DNA from: Lytechinus pictus | Taxonomy: Eukaryota | NCBI RefSeq assembly: GCF_037042905.1 | Contig: NC_087250.1 | Coordinates: 15,254,001 to 15,318,000 of the forward strand | Length of the DNA stretch: 64,000 nt | Reading direction: 5' to 3' | In this document: in pieces, positions 1 through 11,204 of the stretch | Numbering within the stretch: position 1 is the stretch's first letter | How the letters are laid out: every line of letters starts with the position of its first letter | The notes under the pieces: model-generated | Told to the model about the DNA's origin: nothing | Databases searched by the model: none | Seen by the model: the letters and a program-made list of their open reading frames with translations, nothing else | Position numbers and translations under genes: made by a program

Positions 1-1120
1 TCACAGTGTATTCACATTATGTTCACAGTGTGTTCACAGTATGTTCACAGTGTGTTTACGTTGTATTCAAAGTAGGTTCACTGAGCATGTGTTCACAGTT
101 TTTTATGCCATGTTCACAATGTGTTAGCTATGTGTCCACAGTGTGTACACCGTTGTTCATATTGTGTTCACATTGGATTCAAAGTAGTTTCATTGTGTGT
201 GCACAGTGTATTCATGTCATGTTCACAATGCGTTCACATTAACAAAGATAAAAAGCTGGTTCGCAATTGGGCCCTGTTAATTAAAATACATACAAATTAT
301 AATGGTAAATATATACAGTACATAATATGCAAAATAAACAAGAAATAAATCTTTAAAAATCCCAATTGTGTTCAACACGCGACACTCTGTGAACGCAATT
401 ACCGTGGACACACTGTGAACGCACTGTGAACGTACTATGAACGAACTGTGAACACACTATGAACGCACTGTGAACACACTATGAATGCACTTTTAACACA
501 CTATGAACGCACTGTGAACACACTATGAATGCACTGTGAACACACTATGAACGCAATGGGAACACACTATGAATGCACTTTTAACACACTATGAACGCAC
601 TGTGAACACACTATGAATGCACTGTGAACACACTATGAACGCAATGGGAACACACTATGAACCTACTGTGAACACACTATGAACACACTATGAACGCACT
701 GTGAACACACTATGAACGCAATGGGAACACACTATGAACCTACTGTGAACACACTATGAACACACTATGAACGCACTGTGAACACACTATGAACGCAATG
801 TGAACACACTATGAACCTACTGTGAACACACTATGAATGCACTATGAACACACTATGAACGCACTGTGAACACACAATGAACCTACTGTGAATGCACTGT
901 GAACACACTGTGGTCGCACTGCGAACACACTATGAAGGTACTGTGAACACACTATGAACGCACTGTGAACACACTATGAACTTACTGTGGACACACTATG
1001 AACGTACTGTGAATACACTATGAACCTACTGTGAACGCACTGTGAACGCATTGTGAACATACTGTGAACGCATTGCAGCTTACACTGTGAATAACCTGTA
1101 AAACACAATGTTAACACATT
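1..1120. repeat. ~11-bp minisatellite (TGTGAACACAC/TATGAACGCAC) in two oppositely oriented arms (1-240 and ~380-1120)
   Basis: Direct reading of tandem units; the two arms are reverse complements of each other. Confidence 0.9.
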
Positions 1121-1624
1121 GCGTTTTTCCGGTATGGTTATCATAATAACAAGAGAAATTCGAGTCAGGTAACAGTGTTGGCTTACAATTGGCTTCATGT
1201 ATACCCACATGTGAATATAAATTATACAGTTAATCAATAATTCATTCGTGCAAGCATAATAAGATTGTGTTGTGCCAGAGGCAAAATATTAGGTCACTGC
1301 CCAATAAAATTGTGACGCGCTTGTTCATTCATGGTTACTTCTATAACTTTAACTATGGGTTAATGTTAATTATTCTACATGAACAAATATTGGTATCGGG
1401 TGCTAATTGTTGAGAACTTCTTGCATTTAAAAAACAGGTATATATATACATATACTTATATTTCATTATGAAAAAAAAAAATCGTTTTTGTCCTCACAAA
1501 CGCGAAACGCAAACATAACGAGGATGCATGTGAACACACATGTGGACACTCACACTAGCGATTATATTCACGCTGTCGAGATGTTCGAAGTGTGAATTCA
1601 TCTTCACATTGTAGTAGCCATGTA

Positions 1625-1803
1625 CACTGGCGGATCAAGGGGGAGGGCAAAGCCGGCCCGTGCCCCCCCCCCCTCCTTGAGAGGCACAATTAAAATTTGT
1701 AATGTAAACATGTCGTTAAAATGGAAGTGTGCCCCCCCCCCTTTTGAAAGTTAAGACTTTTTTTTTTTGCTTGTCAAAATGGAAAATCTTGGATCCGCCC
1801 CTG
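1625..1803. mobile_element. hAT-like MITE
   Basis: Termini CACTGGCGGATC...GGATCCGCCCCTG; 8-bp TSD gccatgta/tccatgta. Confidence 0.75.
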
Positions 1804-2419
1804 TCCATGTAGTCCACGGTGTGAACACACGGTGAACCCACTGTTCAACACTTTGTTTTTTCTAGCAAGGATGTACCGGCCTACTGTACTGTAAATAGGC
1901 CAGACGAAGACAGGTACAAACAGATCCCACATACATCCCTCGAATTAATCAATGCTTTTAGGTACAATGTTGCAAAGTGAAATCAGATCCATGACTTGTG
2001 ATAAGCAGGACGTTTATATTTTCAAGGTTTATCTTAAGATACTAATAACAATTATTAATAATAATAATTGTGGAATAAATAGATCTACATGTATGTCTGA
2101 CTCTATAAGTTGGATTGCGCAAAACAAAATCATGACGAAGAGCACGGCAAGCAGGCGAATTAATAAACAAAAATAGTGATCAGAAAAATATGTTTGCTTT
2201 TAAAAAAGAAACCCGTAAATGTCTAAACGGAACTTTAAAAAATACTTGGTATATTTGAAGAAATGTCTTCATCAAATAGATTACACTGATTAAATACAGT
2301 CAGATAAAGTAAAAGAGATAAAAGTGAATTTAATAGTTGTTTTCTCATCCAAATGAGTTTTCAATTTACATGTCAAGACAACAATTTTTAGTAAAAGTGA
2401 GTTAAATAGCATGACCTAC

Positions 2420-2446
2420 CTTAATGTTTGGCAACAATGTTGGCAT
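2420..2446 (-). CDS. Possible first coding segment (MPTLLPNIK) of an unidentified gene running off the left edge
   Basis: aacATG at 2446 followed 27 nt later by AAG|gtaggt, with a CpG-rich stretch at ~2520-2640 upstream. No homology recognised. Confidence 0.35.
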
Positions 2447-2795
2447 GTTATAGAGGATCGGCTGAGTTAGATTGTAAATTCACAGACGAACACATCGTTG
2501 ATGCAAATCGCTTTGAGACATAACCTTGTCAATTTCAAGTCCGCGCGATCAATCTCTATCAACCCGCGAATATCAGAGACAGGGCGCTCCATGCATCTCC
2601 GCTTGCGCATCGATCGCTGTAGGGATGCGACGTGAAGCTAGAGAGATCAATGCGGGAGGGCAGGAGTGGGGATTGTATGATGGGGGGGGGGGTGAATGGG
2701 GAGGGAGATTGAGAGGGAAATCAGGTAAGACGAATGTGAAGGAGTGGGGTCAGAGCTAACCGTAGAGGGGGGGGGGATGAATAGATATTAATGAA

Positions 2796-2992
2796 CCTGG
2801 TGGGTGTTTCATAAAGCTGTTCGTAAGTTAAGAGCGACTTTAAGAACGACTGGTGATCCTTTCTTGTGATAAATGGTATACACAAAAACGTTCATTGCCT
2901 CATTGGCGAGGGTTTTGCGCGTAAGAAAGGATCACCAGTCGTTCTTAAAGTCGCTCTTAACTTACGAACAGCTTTATGAAACACCCACCAGG
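2796..2992. mobile_element. Palindromic MITE with CWG ends (PIF/Harbinger-like); relatives at ~44362-45349 and ~57395-57570
   Basis: ~70-bp near-perfect inverted repeats GTGGGTGTTTCATAAAGCTGTTCGTAAG... Confidence 0.8.
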
Positions 2993-3349
2993 TGAGGAAA
3001 GAGAAATAAAGCGAACACCTTAATGGATATGGCATATATTGACTGTCCAGTCCACTCTTTCGTGTATCCATTTGCGCTCTTAATTCCCACTTTCTTTTTC
3101 TTCATCTGTTCTCAACCATTATCTCTCCTTCCTTTGCTGTCTCCCTCTCTCTCTCGATGTCTCTCCCCTTCCACTCGTTCAATCTGTCTCCCTCTCTCCC
3201 ATTGCCTTCTCTCTCTCTCTCTCGTTGCATTTTCACTCTATATTCCTCTGCTCTCTCCATCTCCCCATCCCCTTGGTATCTAGCTGTTTTTCTATCTTCT
3301 CCCTATACTTTAATTCTATTTGGGATTACTGAATATATGAATAGAATGA

Positions 3350-3960
3350 TTAAAGGTCAAGTCCACCCCAGAAAAATGTTGATTTGAATAAATAAAGAAA
3401 AATCAAACTAGCACAACACTAAAAATTTCATCAAAATCGGATGTAAAATAAGAAAGTTATGACATTTTAAAGTTTTGATTATTTTTCACAAAATAGTGAT
3501 ATGCACAACAGAGTGACATGCAAATTAGATACTCGATGATGCCCTTCACTCACTATTTCTTTTGTTTTTTATTGTTTGAATTATACAATATTTCATTTTT
3601 TACGAATTTGACAATAAGGACCAACTTGACTGAACCATATAGTATTGAACAATGCTAATTCCACATGTTCAGGGAGGAATTAATCGTTGTTTCACTTGGC
3701 AATGAGGAGAAAATTAGAATATTTCATATTTCATATAATAAAATACAAAAGAAATAGTGAGTGGATGACGTCATCAGTCTCCTCATTTGCAAACAGACCA
3801 GGATGTGCATATAACTGTTTTGTGAAATTTAGCGAAACTTTAAAATGTCATAACTTTCTTATTTTACATCCGATTTTGATGAAATTTTCAGTGTAATGTT
3901 TGTTGGATTTTTCTCTTTTTATTCAAATCAACTTTTTGTTGGAGTGGACTTGTCCTTTAA
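3350..3960. mobile_element. TTAA-flanked non-autonomous DNA transposon (Kolobok-like), family A; copies at 15158-15779, ~27720-28140 (partial), 59968-60462
   Basis: TTAA-AGGTCAAGTCCAC...GTGGACTTGTCCT-TTAA with long internal inverted symmetry. Confidence 0.8.
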
Positions 3961-4315
3961 ATGAATGAACCAATGATAGGAATAGACAAATTTTTTCCAT
4001 GGGTGTATGTATGAATGAATGAGTAAAGGAATGAATGAATGAATGAATGAGTGGAAGAATAAATGAATGAATCAATCAATCAATAAATATGAATGAATGG
4101 ATGAATGAATGAATGAATCAATCAATCAATAAATATGAATGAATGAATCAATAAATATGAATGAATGAACCAATCAATCAATTATCCAATCAATAAATAT
4201 GAGTGAATCAATCAATTAATGAGTGAGTGAAGGAATTAATGAATTGATAAATGAATGGATAATTGAATGAATGAATGAGTGAGTGAATGAATGAGTGAAT
4301 GAAAAAATGAATCCA
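3961..4315. repeat. (GAAT)n/(CAAT)n microsatellite tract
   Basis: Direct reading. Confidence 0.9.
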
Positions 4316-4992
4316 ATCATGGCCATATGCAGCATTGGGGCTGCCCACCTACCCGAAATTTTAAACTTACATTTTTTACTGAATATTTCACGAAATTCAC
4401 TAAAAGTGGGCAAAAAAATCCTTCAATTTCACTTTATAAATGGCAAAAGTGCCTTGTGACAAGCTCTTCCCCTTTACTTCCTTGCTTTCAGGTTTCTCTG
4501 ATTATTTTGCATCTCCCCCCCCAAAAAAAAAAAAAAAAAAATCTGCATATGGCCAATCCAATGGAGGCAAGGAACCGACCACATGTGTGCATCATGTTCT
4601 GTACACTGTATCTTATAAACAAGATGATATACGAAAACTTGAAAAATAATAAAACACAATTCAGGAAAAAAATTATTCTAAATGTAGCTACTTCTCATAG
4701 CTCTTTATTCCTCTCCTATACTTTACATCAGATATTTACACATTTGGAATATATATATACTTTTGAGCAGAAAAAAAGATAGTTATACTACGTTATTTCT
4801 TCTCAATGTACCATATTCTAGTACTACCTCGTACTGTTATAGTCTTACCTTGTACTGTTTTAAAATAAATAAAATAAAAATGAATGTGTACATACACCTT
4901 CTGGAATGGACAGAAATGAAAGTGGAAAGATTCATATTGCACTAGTTCTCGACTACACGTAGGAATGGAAACAATCAGCTTTGTTAACATAT

Positions 4993-5305
4993 GGGCCCGT
5001 ATTGTGAAGTGGAGTTTAACTTAAACTCATGTTTACAGTTGTGATTTAAGTATGGATAGCCAATTGTTGCATAAATCACTAACAGTAGAGATATCGTATT
5101 TCAGCTCATTTGGCTCTCAAATCATTCATAGTTGTCTAGGGAGTATAAATAGATGATTGCCGTCACCATCGATGAATCAGGCAAGAGCACAGTAAACATA
5201 AGAAACATACAACTTAATACAAATTTTGACACTTTTGGCTTCCGATAATTTTAGCACAAAGTTAGACCATGATCTAAGTTAAACCCGACTTCAGAATACG
5301 GACCA
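4993..5305. mobile_element. MITE (GGCCCGTATT-type); inverted copy at ~42560-43032
   Basis: Terminal inverted repeats and a second copy in the window. Confidence 0.7.
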
Positions 5306-7094
5306 TAATGTTGGAAACAAGCCCCATGTGTTGTATGAATACATGAATATCTTCCGGGGGGGGGGGGGGGAGTAAATTAATGCACAAGTAAGGCAGTACC
5401 CATTCTGATTTAGTGCTACCCCTATCACATAAACATAGATGTGTTGACAAATAACTGAACACTAAGCTTTATACACAGTACATGTACATGTAGATTTTGT
5501 AATTCTTGTAAATCTAAAGATAAAATTCAGGTTCTGGTAACAACAGAAAATAGAATGTTCACAGAATCTAACAAAACTGACAAAGAAACGATAAATAAAT
5601 GACAACTGCCATCCATTTTTCATGAAAATGTACAATTATCATAGAGTAATGAGCAAATAAAGATCGGCAATAAAAAAAGATGATTGTCCGTTTATAATGT
5701 GGTCCCACATGTTGTTTCCTGTGTTAGCTACACCAGGAAAAGCATGTGACAATGAAATTAATATAATTTCAAGCAAGCCTGAATTATTTTAATTAAGTTT
5801 TGTTATTCTAAATAAGCATTCCAGCATATGATAAACATTTTAGTAATGCTTCCAACCATTTTCTATAAAATTACATTTCTATACCAAAACTCAAACTTCG
5901 CTTCAAAGGATTAAAATTATGATTAAAATATTAGAAGAATTTAACGAATTGCACAAATTTCACTAACATTTGTTGTCTGACAAGTAACCAGGGGTCTGTT
6001 GCAGAAAGAGTTGCGTTTAAATGCAAGTCAAAAAATCAATCGCAAGTCCCAAATGCGCGCTGTTGATTGGTTGGAAATCAAGTTGCGCATGATTTTTAGA
6101 GTTGCGGTTGATTGCAACTCTTTGTGCAACGGGCCCCAGGGCCCAACAACTTTTCTTGAGCTGACAACTTTTCTTGGTTTTGATTGGCAGAAAAGCACTG
6201 TTACTATGGTAACTGCTTGAAAAAACCGGACTTGTTAGACAAAACGTCCAACAAGTCCTTTCATAAAATGCTTCCTCCGACTAATGAAACCGCCTCTAAT
6301 TTGTATTCGTATGAGATTGCTTCCAGGATTAACTTACAAAATCACAACAGAAATTGATCACATGTCGGTACTGGTGAATAGACTACGAATACATTTACAG
6401 AATGAATTAAGATGGCAGAAAGGTACATAATACATGTAGATAAATATTTACAAACAGATGAATACAGACATAGAATAGTGTTCAAGGTTTAAAGATCATC
6501 ATCACGTTGATAATGACTTAAGTTTTTACATGATTTCCCCCCAAAAATGTGAATAAAGAATCATTAGTAACAGAGCTTTCGAAGCAATCCTTTCAAAAGA
6601 TCTGTCAAAAATACCACATTTGTGGACCTTCCTTTTGTTACATATACATGTATTCAACCTGTGGTACCTCAAAAGTTTATGTTATATTTGAATAAACACA
6701 TAAGCATAATATTAACATATAATCACCTCTCTTTAGGTAATAGGCACTACATGACCCTACATGTATTTTTATCAATGATTGCACTGTATAAGACCGATGA
6801 CATAAATAATCTTAAATCAATATACGAGACATAAACAGACAGATCTTAAATCAATATATTATCAAATCAATTCATTCTCTGAATTCAATCACAAGCAATA
6901 TAATTTTGAAATCAATATATTTTCTAATCAATACAACAGTTTAAAACAAATCATGTCTCCATACAGGCCTAGGCATGTGTCACCTGAATGCTTTAGCCAA
7001 TGTATGTCAATGTACGTATGACAAATCGTTTTATCACTTAAAAATAAATAATATTTCATTTTATCAACAAAGCAAGTTCTTAAAGGCATAAAAC

Positions 7095-7697
7095 TTAAAG
7101 GGGAATCCAACCCAAATAAAAACTTGTTTTTGTAAGGAAAAGAAATATCAGACAAGGTAATAGGTGAAAGTTTGAACAATATTGGACAAACAACAAGAAA
7201 GTTATGAATTTTTAAAAGTTGTAAATATTGGTAATCACTATACCCATGAAGACTTCAAATTGGCCGCATATGTGATGTCATAATGATGTAAGGCAAGGAC
7301 TACTCTTCCATGTACTCCAATACATATTATGGCTAAAATGTCATTTTTCCCAAAAGTTTTATTTCAAATTATATTTTTCTTCCATGAGGACATAAAACAA
7401 TATCCTACCTGGGTTATATTTAGATTACTGCCCCAGGGGAATGGGTACTTAGGAGAAAACCACAAATCCCTGATAATCAAGTACATGGCCTATGGGAAAG
7501 TTGTCCTTGCCCCTTGTCATAATTTACTTACTCAGTTGCCAATTTGAAATCTACATAGTATTCGTGATCTCAAATTTAAAGCAGCTATAACTTTCTTATT
7601 GCTTGTCCGATTTCTTTCAAACTTTCACCATTCTGCTTAATTTATTTTTCTCCTTCCCAACACAACATTTTATGGCCAAGGCTGGATTCCCCTTTAA
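7095..7697. mobile_element. TTAA-flanked Kolobok-like MITE, family B; relatives at ~13400-13868 and ~54305-54832
   Basis: TTAA-AGGGGAATCCA...TGGATTCCCCT-TTAA. Confidence 0.8.
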
Positions 7698-7875
7698 CAT
7701 GAATATGACTTTTAAAAATCTAAGCTGCAAGGTCCCACTTGTCACCTGTGTCAGTGATATGTTATAAAATATGAAGCTCAGAAAAAAATATCGCACCTGA
7801 AAATTATTATTTACCTATACCATAAAAATTACTCGTGAAAAATGAAACACATTATCAATCCTTTTGATATCGCAC

Positions 7876-8465
7876 TTAAAGGGATGGTCCGGGCTGAAAA
7901 TATTTATATCTTAATACATGGAGTAGAATTCACTGAGCAAAATGCTGAAAAATTCATCAAAATCGGATTACAAATAATAAAGTTATTGAAGTTTAAAGTT
8001 TAGCAATATTTTGTGAAAACAGCCGTCATGAAAATTCATTAGGTGGGCTGATGATGTCACATCCCCACTTTCTGTTTTCTTATGTTATTACATGAAATCA
8101 TAATTTTTTCATTATTTCATAATGGTTTGAATAATATGTCTCCCTTATAATGAAATAAGTTGCAGCAATAAATATCCAATGCACTAAATCAGTTGTCAAT
8201 CCAATTTTTCTAGTTCTTGGAGCAAAAAATTTGAATAAAACTAATTTCATATAATAAAATACAAAAGAACAAGTTGGGATGTGACATCATCTACCCACCT
8301 AATGAATATTCATGACGACTGTTTTCACAAAATATTGCTTAACTTTAAAATTCAATAACTTTGTTATTTGTTATCCGATTTTGATGAAATTTTCTGCATT
8401 TTGCTCAGTGAATTCTACTCTATTTATTAAGTTATAAATACTTTCAGCCCGGACCATCCCTTTAA
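7876..8465. mobile_element. TTAA-flanked Kolobok-like MITE, family C; copies at ~37130-37675 and ~51860-52455
   Basis: TTAA-AGGGATGGTCCGGGCTGAAA...TTTCAGCCCGGACCATCCCT-TTAA. Confidence 0.85.
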
Positions 8466-8880
8466 TGCAGACACACTAGATAGTAAGAATAATGATAATA
8501 ATTTAGTAACACTGAACTTTGTGTACATAGCGCATACACACACAAACTCCTATGAACTAAAGATGGAATAAATAAAAGGATTATTTCCAATTTGTCTAAT
8601 GCCAATTCGTCCATTTGCCAACTTGTCTACTATCATTTGGTCTACCATCAGTTTGTCCTCTATCCACATGGTCTAACTGCCAATTCATTCACTCATCACT
8701 TCGTCTAATAACCAGTTGGTGCAATAGCCATTTAGTCCATATACCATTTGGTCTAATTGGACTAAGAGTTCATTGTGCAGAGTGAATGAAAATGAAATGG
8801 ACATTAGACCAACTGGTTTTATGAGACAAAATGGTCATAGATGAAAAGGTGATCAGACAAAGAGAAGATGGACCAAATGG

Positions 8881-9337
8881 TTATAATAATAACAATTAAC
8901 ATTATTTGTATAGCGCTTATAACACAACATGCCTCTAAGAGCTTAGGAAAAAATAGAAAGAGAGAAGGAATTTCAGCAAAAAACTAAAGTAATTGTATAG
9001 TTCACAGTAGACTAAACAGTTGAGGGGCTTCACATGCAAAGGGAAAGGCTATTTAACAAAAAAGTAAGTTTTTAACATGGATTTGAATTTCTATGCTTGC
9101 TTTATACTTTGTGGTAGATTGTTCCAGAGATGAGGGGATGCAGAATAAAAAGATCGTGAACCGTAAGACTGGGTATTGGTGGCAGGAACTATTAAGAGTG
9201 ATTTGTTTCTTGAGCGCAAGTTGTGGGAGGGTGAATATTCTGATATAAACTCTTGAAGATAGACTGGAGCTAATTTCTTCAAACATTGGAATGTCAGCGA
9301 GAGGATCTTAAAATCAATTCGTTCCCGGACCTTTAGC
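8881..9337 (-). mobile_element. 5'-truncated L2/CR1-clade LINE 3' end (ORF2 C-terminus and tail)
   Basis: Peptide LKVRERIDFKILSLTFQCL..LAPVYLQE...YGSRSFYSASPHLWNNLPQSIK is typical of L2/CR1 ORF2 ends; tail AAGCGCTATACAAAT..TTATTAT. Confidence 0.85.
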
Positions 9338-10221
9338 ATGTTATCAGACCAAACGGTTGTTAGCCAAAATGTTGATGGACGGAATGGCATTAGACTAAAT
9401 GAAAGTAGACCATGTGGTAAGTGGACAAGTTGGCAGTAGACGAATTCGTAATTTACCAAATAAAATACACGTACAGTTCATCTATGCAAAGAACCAGGGG
9501 GTGTGGCTCTGGAATGGTTAAAATATAATGAGAAATAAGAAACAAAATGTGTTCATCTTCTATGACGGTATTCTTTTAACTAAATCTACTGGAATTTCAT
9601 TACAATTCAATTCAAATATAAGATTTTAAATTATTCAATTGTAACAGTGAGCACAGTTACTTAATCAATTGTTAAAACTGTCTATACATGAAATTCAGTC
9701 ACCACTAACATGTAGTGATTAGGAGTTCTTTGTATTCAATGTTTATAATAAAATGTTCATTTCATTTACAATGGAAGTACTGCAGAAACTAAATAATTCA
9801 CATTGAAAAGTCACAATTTAATTATGTAAAGAGAGATCTTTTCTTGATAAATATATCAATGTCCAACTCTTATAAGACAAACATCATACATGATATTGAT
9901 AATAATAACAGCATTTCAATTCCTAAATTGGCAACCTTCATATTATACTCTCAGGATAAGCTGCATATTTTCAACGAGTACCATAGATTTTTATGAAAAT
10001 AATTAATCACTATTCAAGTGAACAGTGATCAAATTGGCAACAGTCATCGAATTGGCAACAGTTTATTTTTAAATTGCGAAACATCTGAGATGATGTCCAT
10101 TACAGGGGCAGCAGTAAAGGGGGCAAGGGGGAGGAAGATCCCCCTTGCCCTCTATTTTTTTCAATTAGATAGTTAAAAAAAAGGAAAGAGAAGAAAAAAA
10201 GGGAGGACACAAGAGTATCAA

Positions 10222-10470
10222 CAGGGCCCCGTCTTACAGAGAGTTGCGACTGCTCCTATCAATCGCAGATCAATCTATGGAAAGCCAGCAATGTCAACAT
10301 ATAAAATGCACGTTTGTTTGAAAAATTTTCTAGATGTAATGTATAATATATTGACAATTTGGTGTGTTCTCCTTTGTTTACAAAGGACGTTATGCAAATT
10401 TCCTGTAGAAAAAATTATGACACTGATGGATTTCCATTGTTACGATTGCTCTTTGTAAGATGGGGCCCCT
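10222..10470. mobile_element. ~250-bp MITE (GGGCCCCGTCTTACAAAGAGTTGCGATTG family); copies at ~21386-21658, ~54836-55108, ~55756-56030
   Basis: Terminal inverted repeats; four similar copies in the window. Confidence 0.75.
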
Positions 10471-11097
10471 AGGCCATACATCCTGGACGTGTTCACACTT
10501 ACGGCAAAATAAGAAGAGGGGACATAGAATAGTATACTGGTATTTATCACTATGAATTCACATGCTTAACCTACTGTTGGAAGAGATGAGTAAATCTCTG
10601 TGCAACATCTCATCTCATTATGGTTGTTCATTATCGCTATAGCACAAAAGAACTGCATTCACACTACTGGCTGTATGACTTCTGTGTTCATACTCTGCTC
10701 ACAAGGAGAAACGTCGATTAAAAGTGTGAACCTACCTAGATGGGATTTGTAATACGGCATCCATTCTTTGTATCAACGCCTCTCATCAGAATGATTGTCC
10801 ATCATCACTATGATACAGAAGAAGTGTGTTCAAACTGCATACACACATTTGCTGTATGACTAATGTGTTCATACAATACTTGCAAGGAGAAACGTAGACC
10901 AAGAGTGTGAACCTACCCATCAGAATATATGTGTTAATTTGTGTTCATCATCTCTTCTAATCAGCACGATTCTCCATCAGCACTATTACACAGAGACCTG
11001 TGTTCATATTGCATTTAGACAGTCAGCTGTACTTATGACTACCAGTGTGTTCGCACTTACGAGATGAAGGGGTTAGAAAACGTGTTGATGTATCAGG

Positions 11098-11204
11098 TTA
11101 GAAGGCATCTTTGATATTCTGGAATTGCTTAATGGCAAGATCAACGGGCAGGCAGAACTTGATGTCGCTAAGTTTGTCCAATATTTGAATCCCACCATCA
11201 AATC
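11098..11204 (-). CDS. RUNDC1: RUNDC1 last coding exon (FDGGIQILDKLSDIKFCLPVDLAIKQFQNIKDAF*)
   Basis: actag acceptor, TAA stop at 11098-11100, C-terminal NIKDAF* as in vertebrate RUNDC1. Confidence 0.96.

Noticed and set aside
9091..9459. 122-aa ORF as a host gene
   Set aside because: It is a chimera of a repeat and an L2-type ORF2 C-terminal fragment
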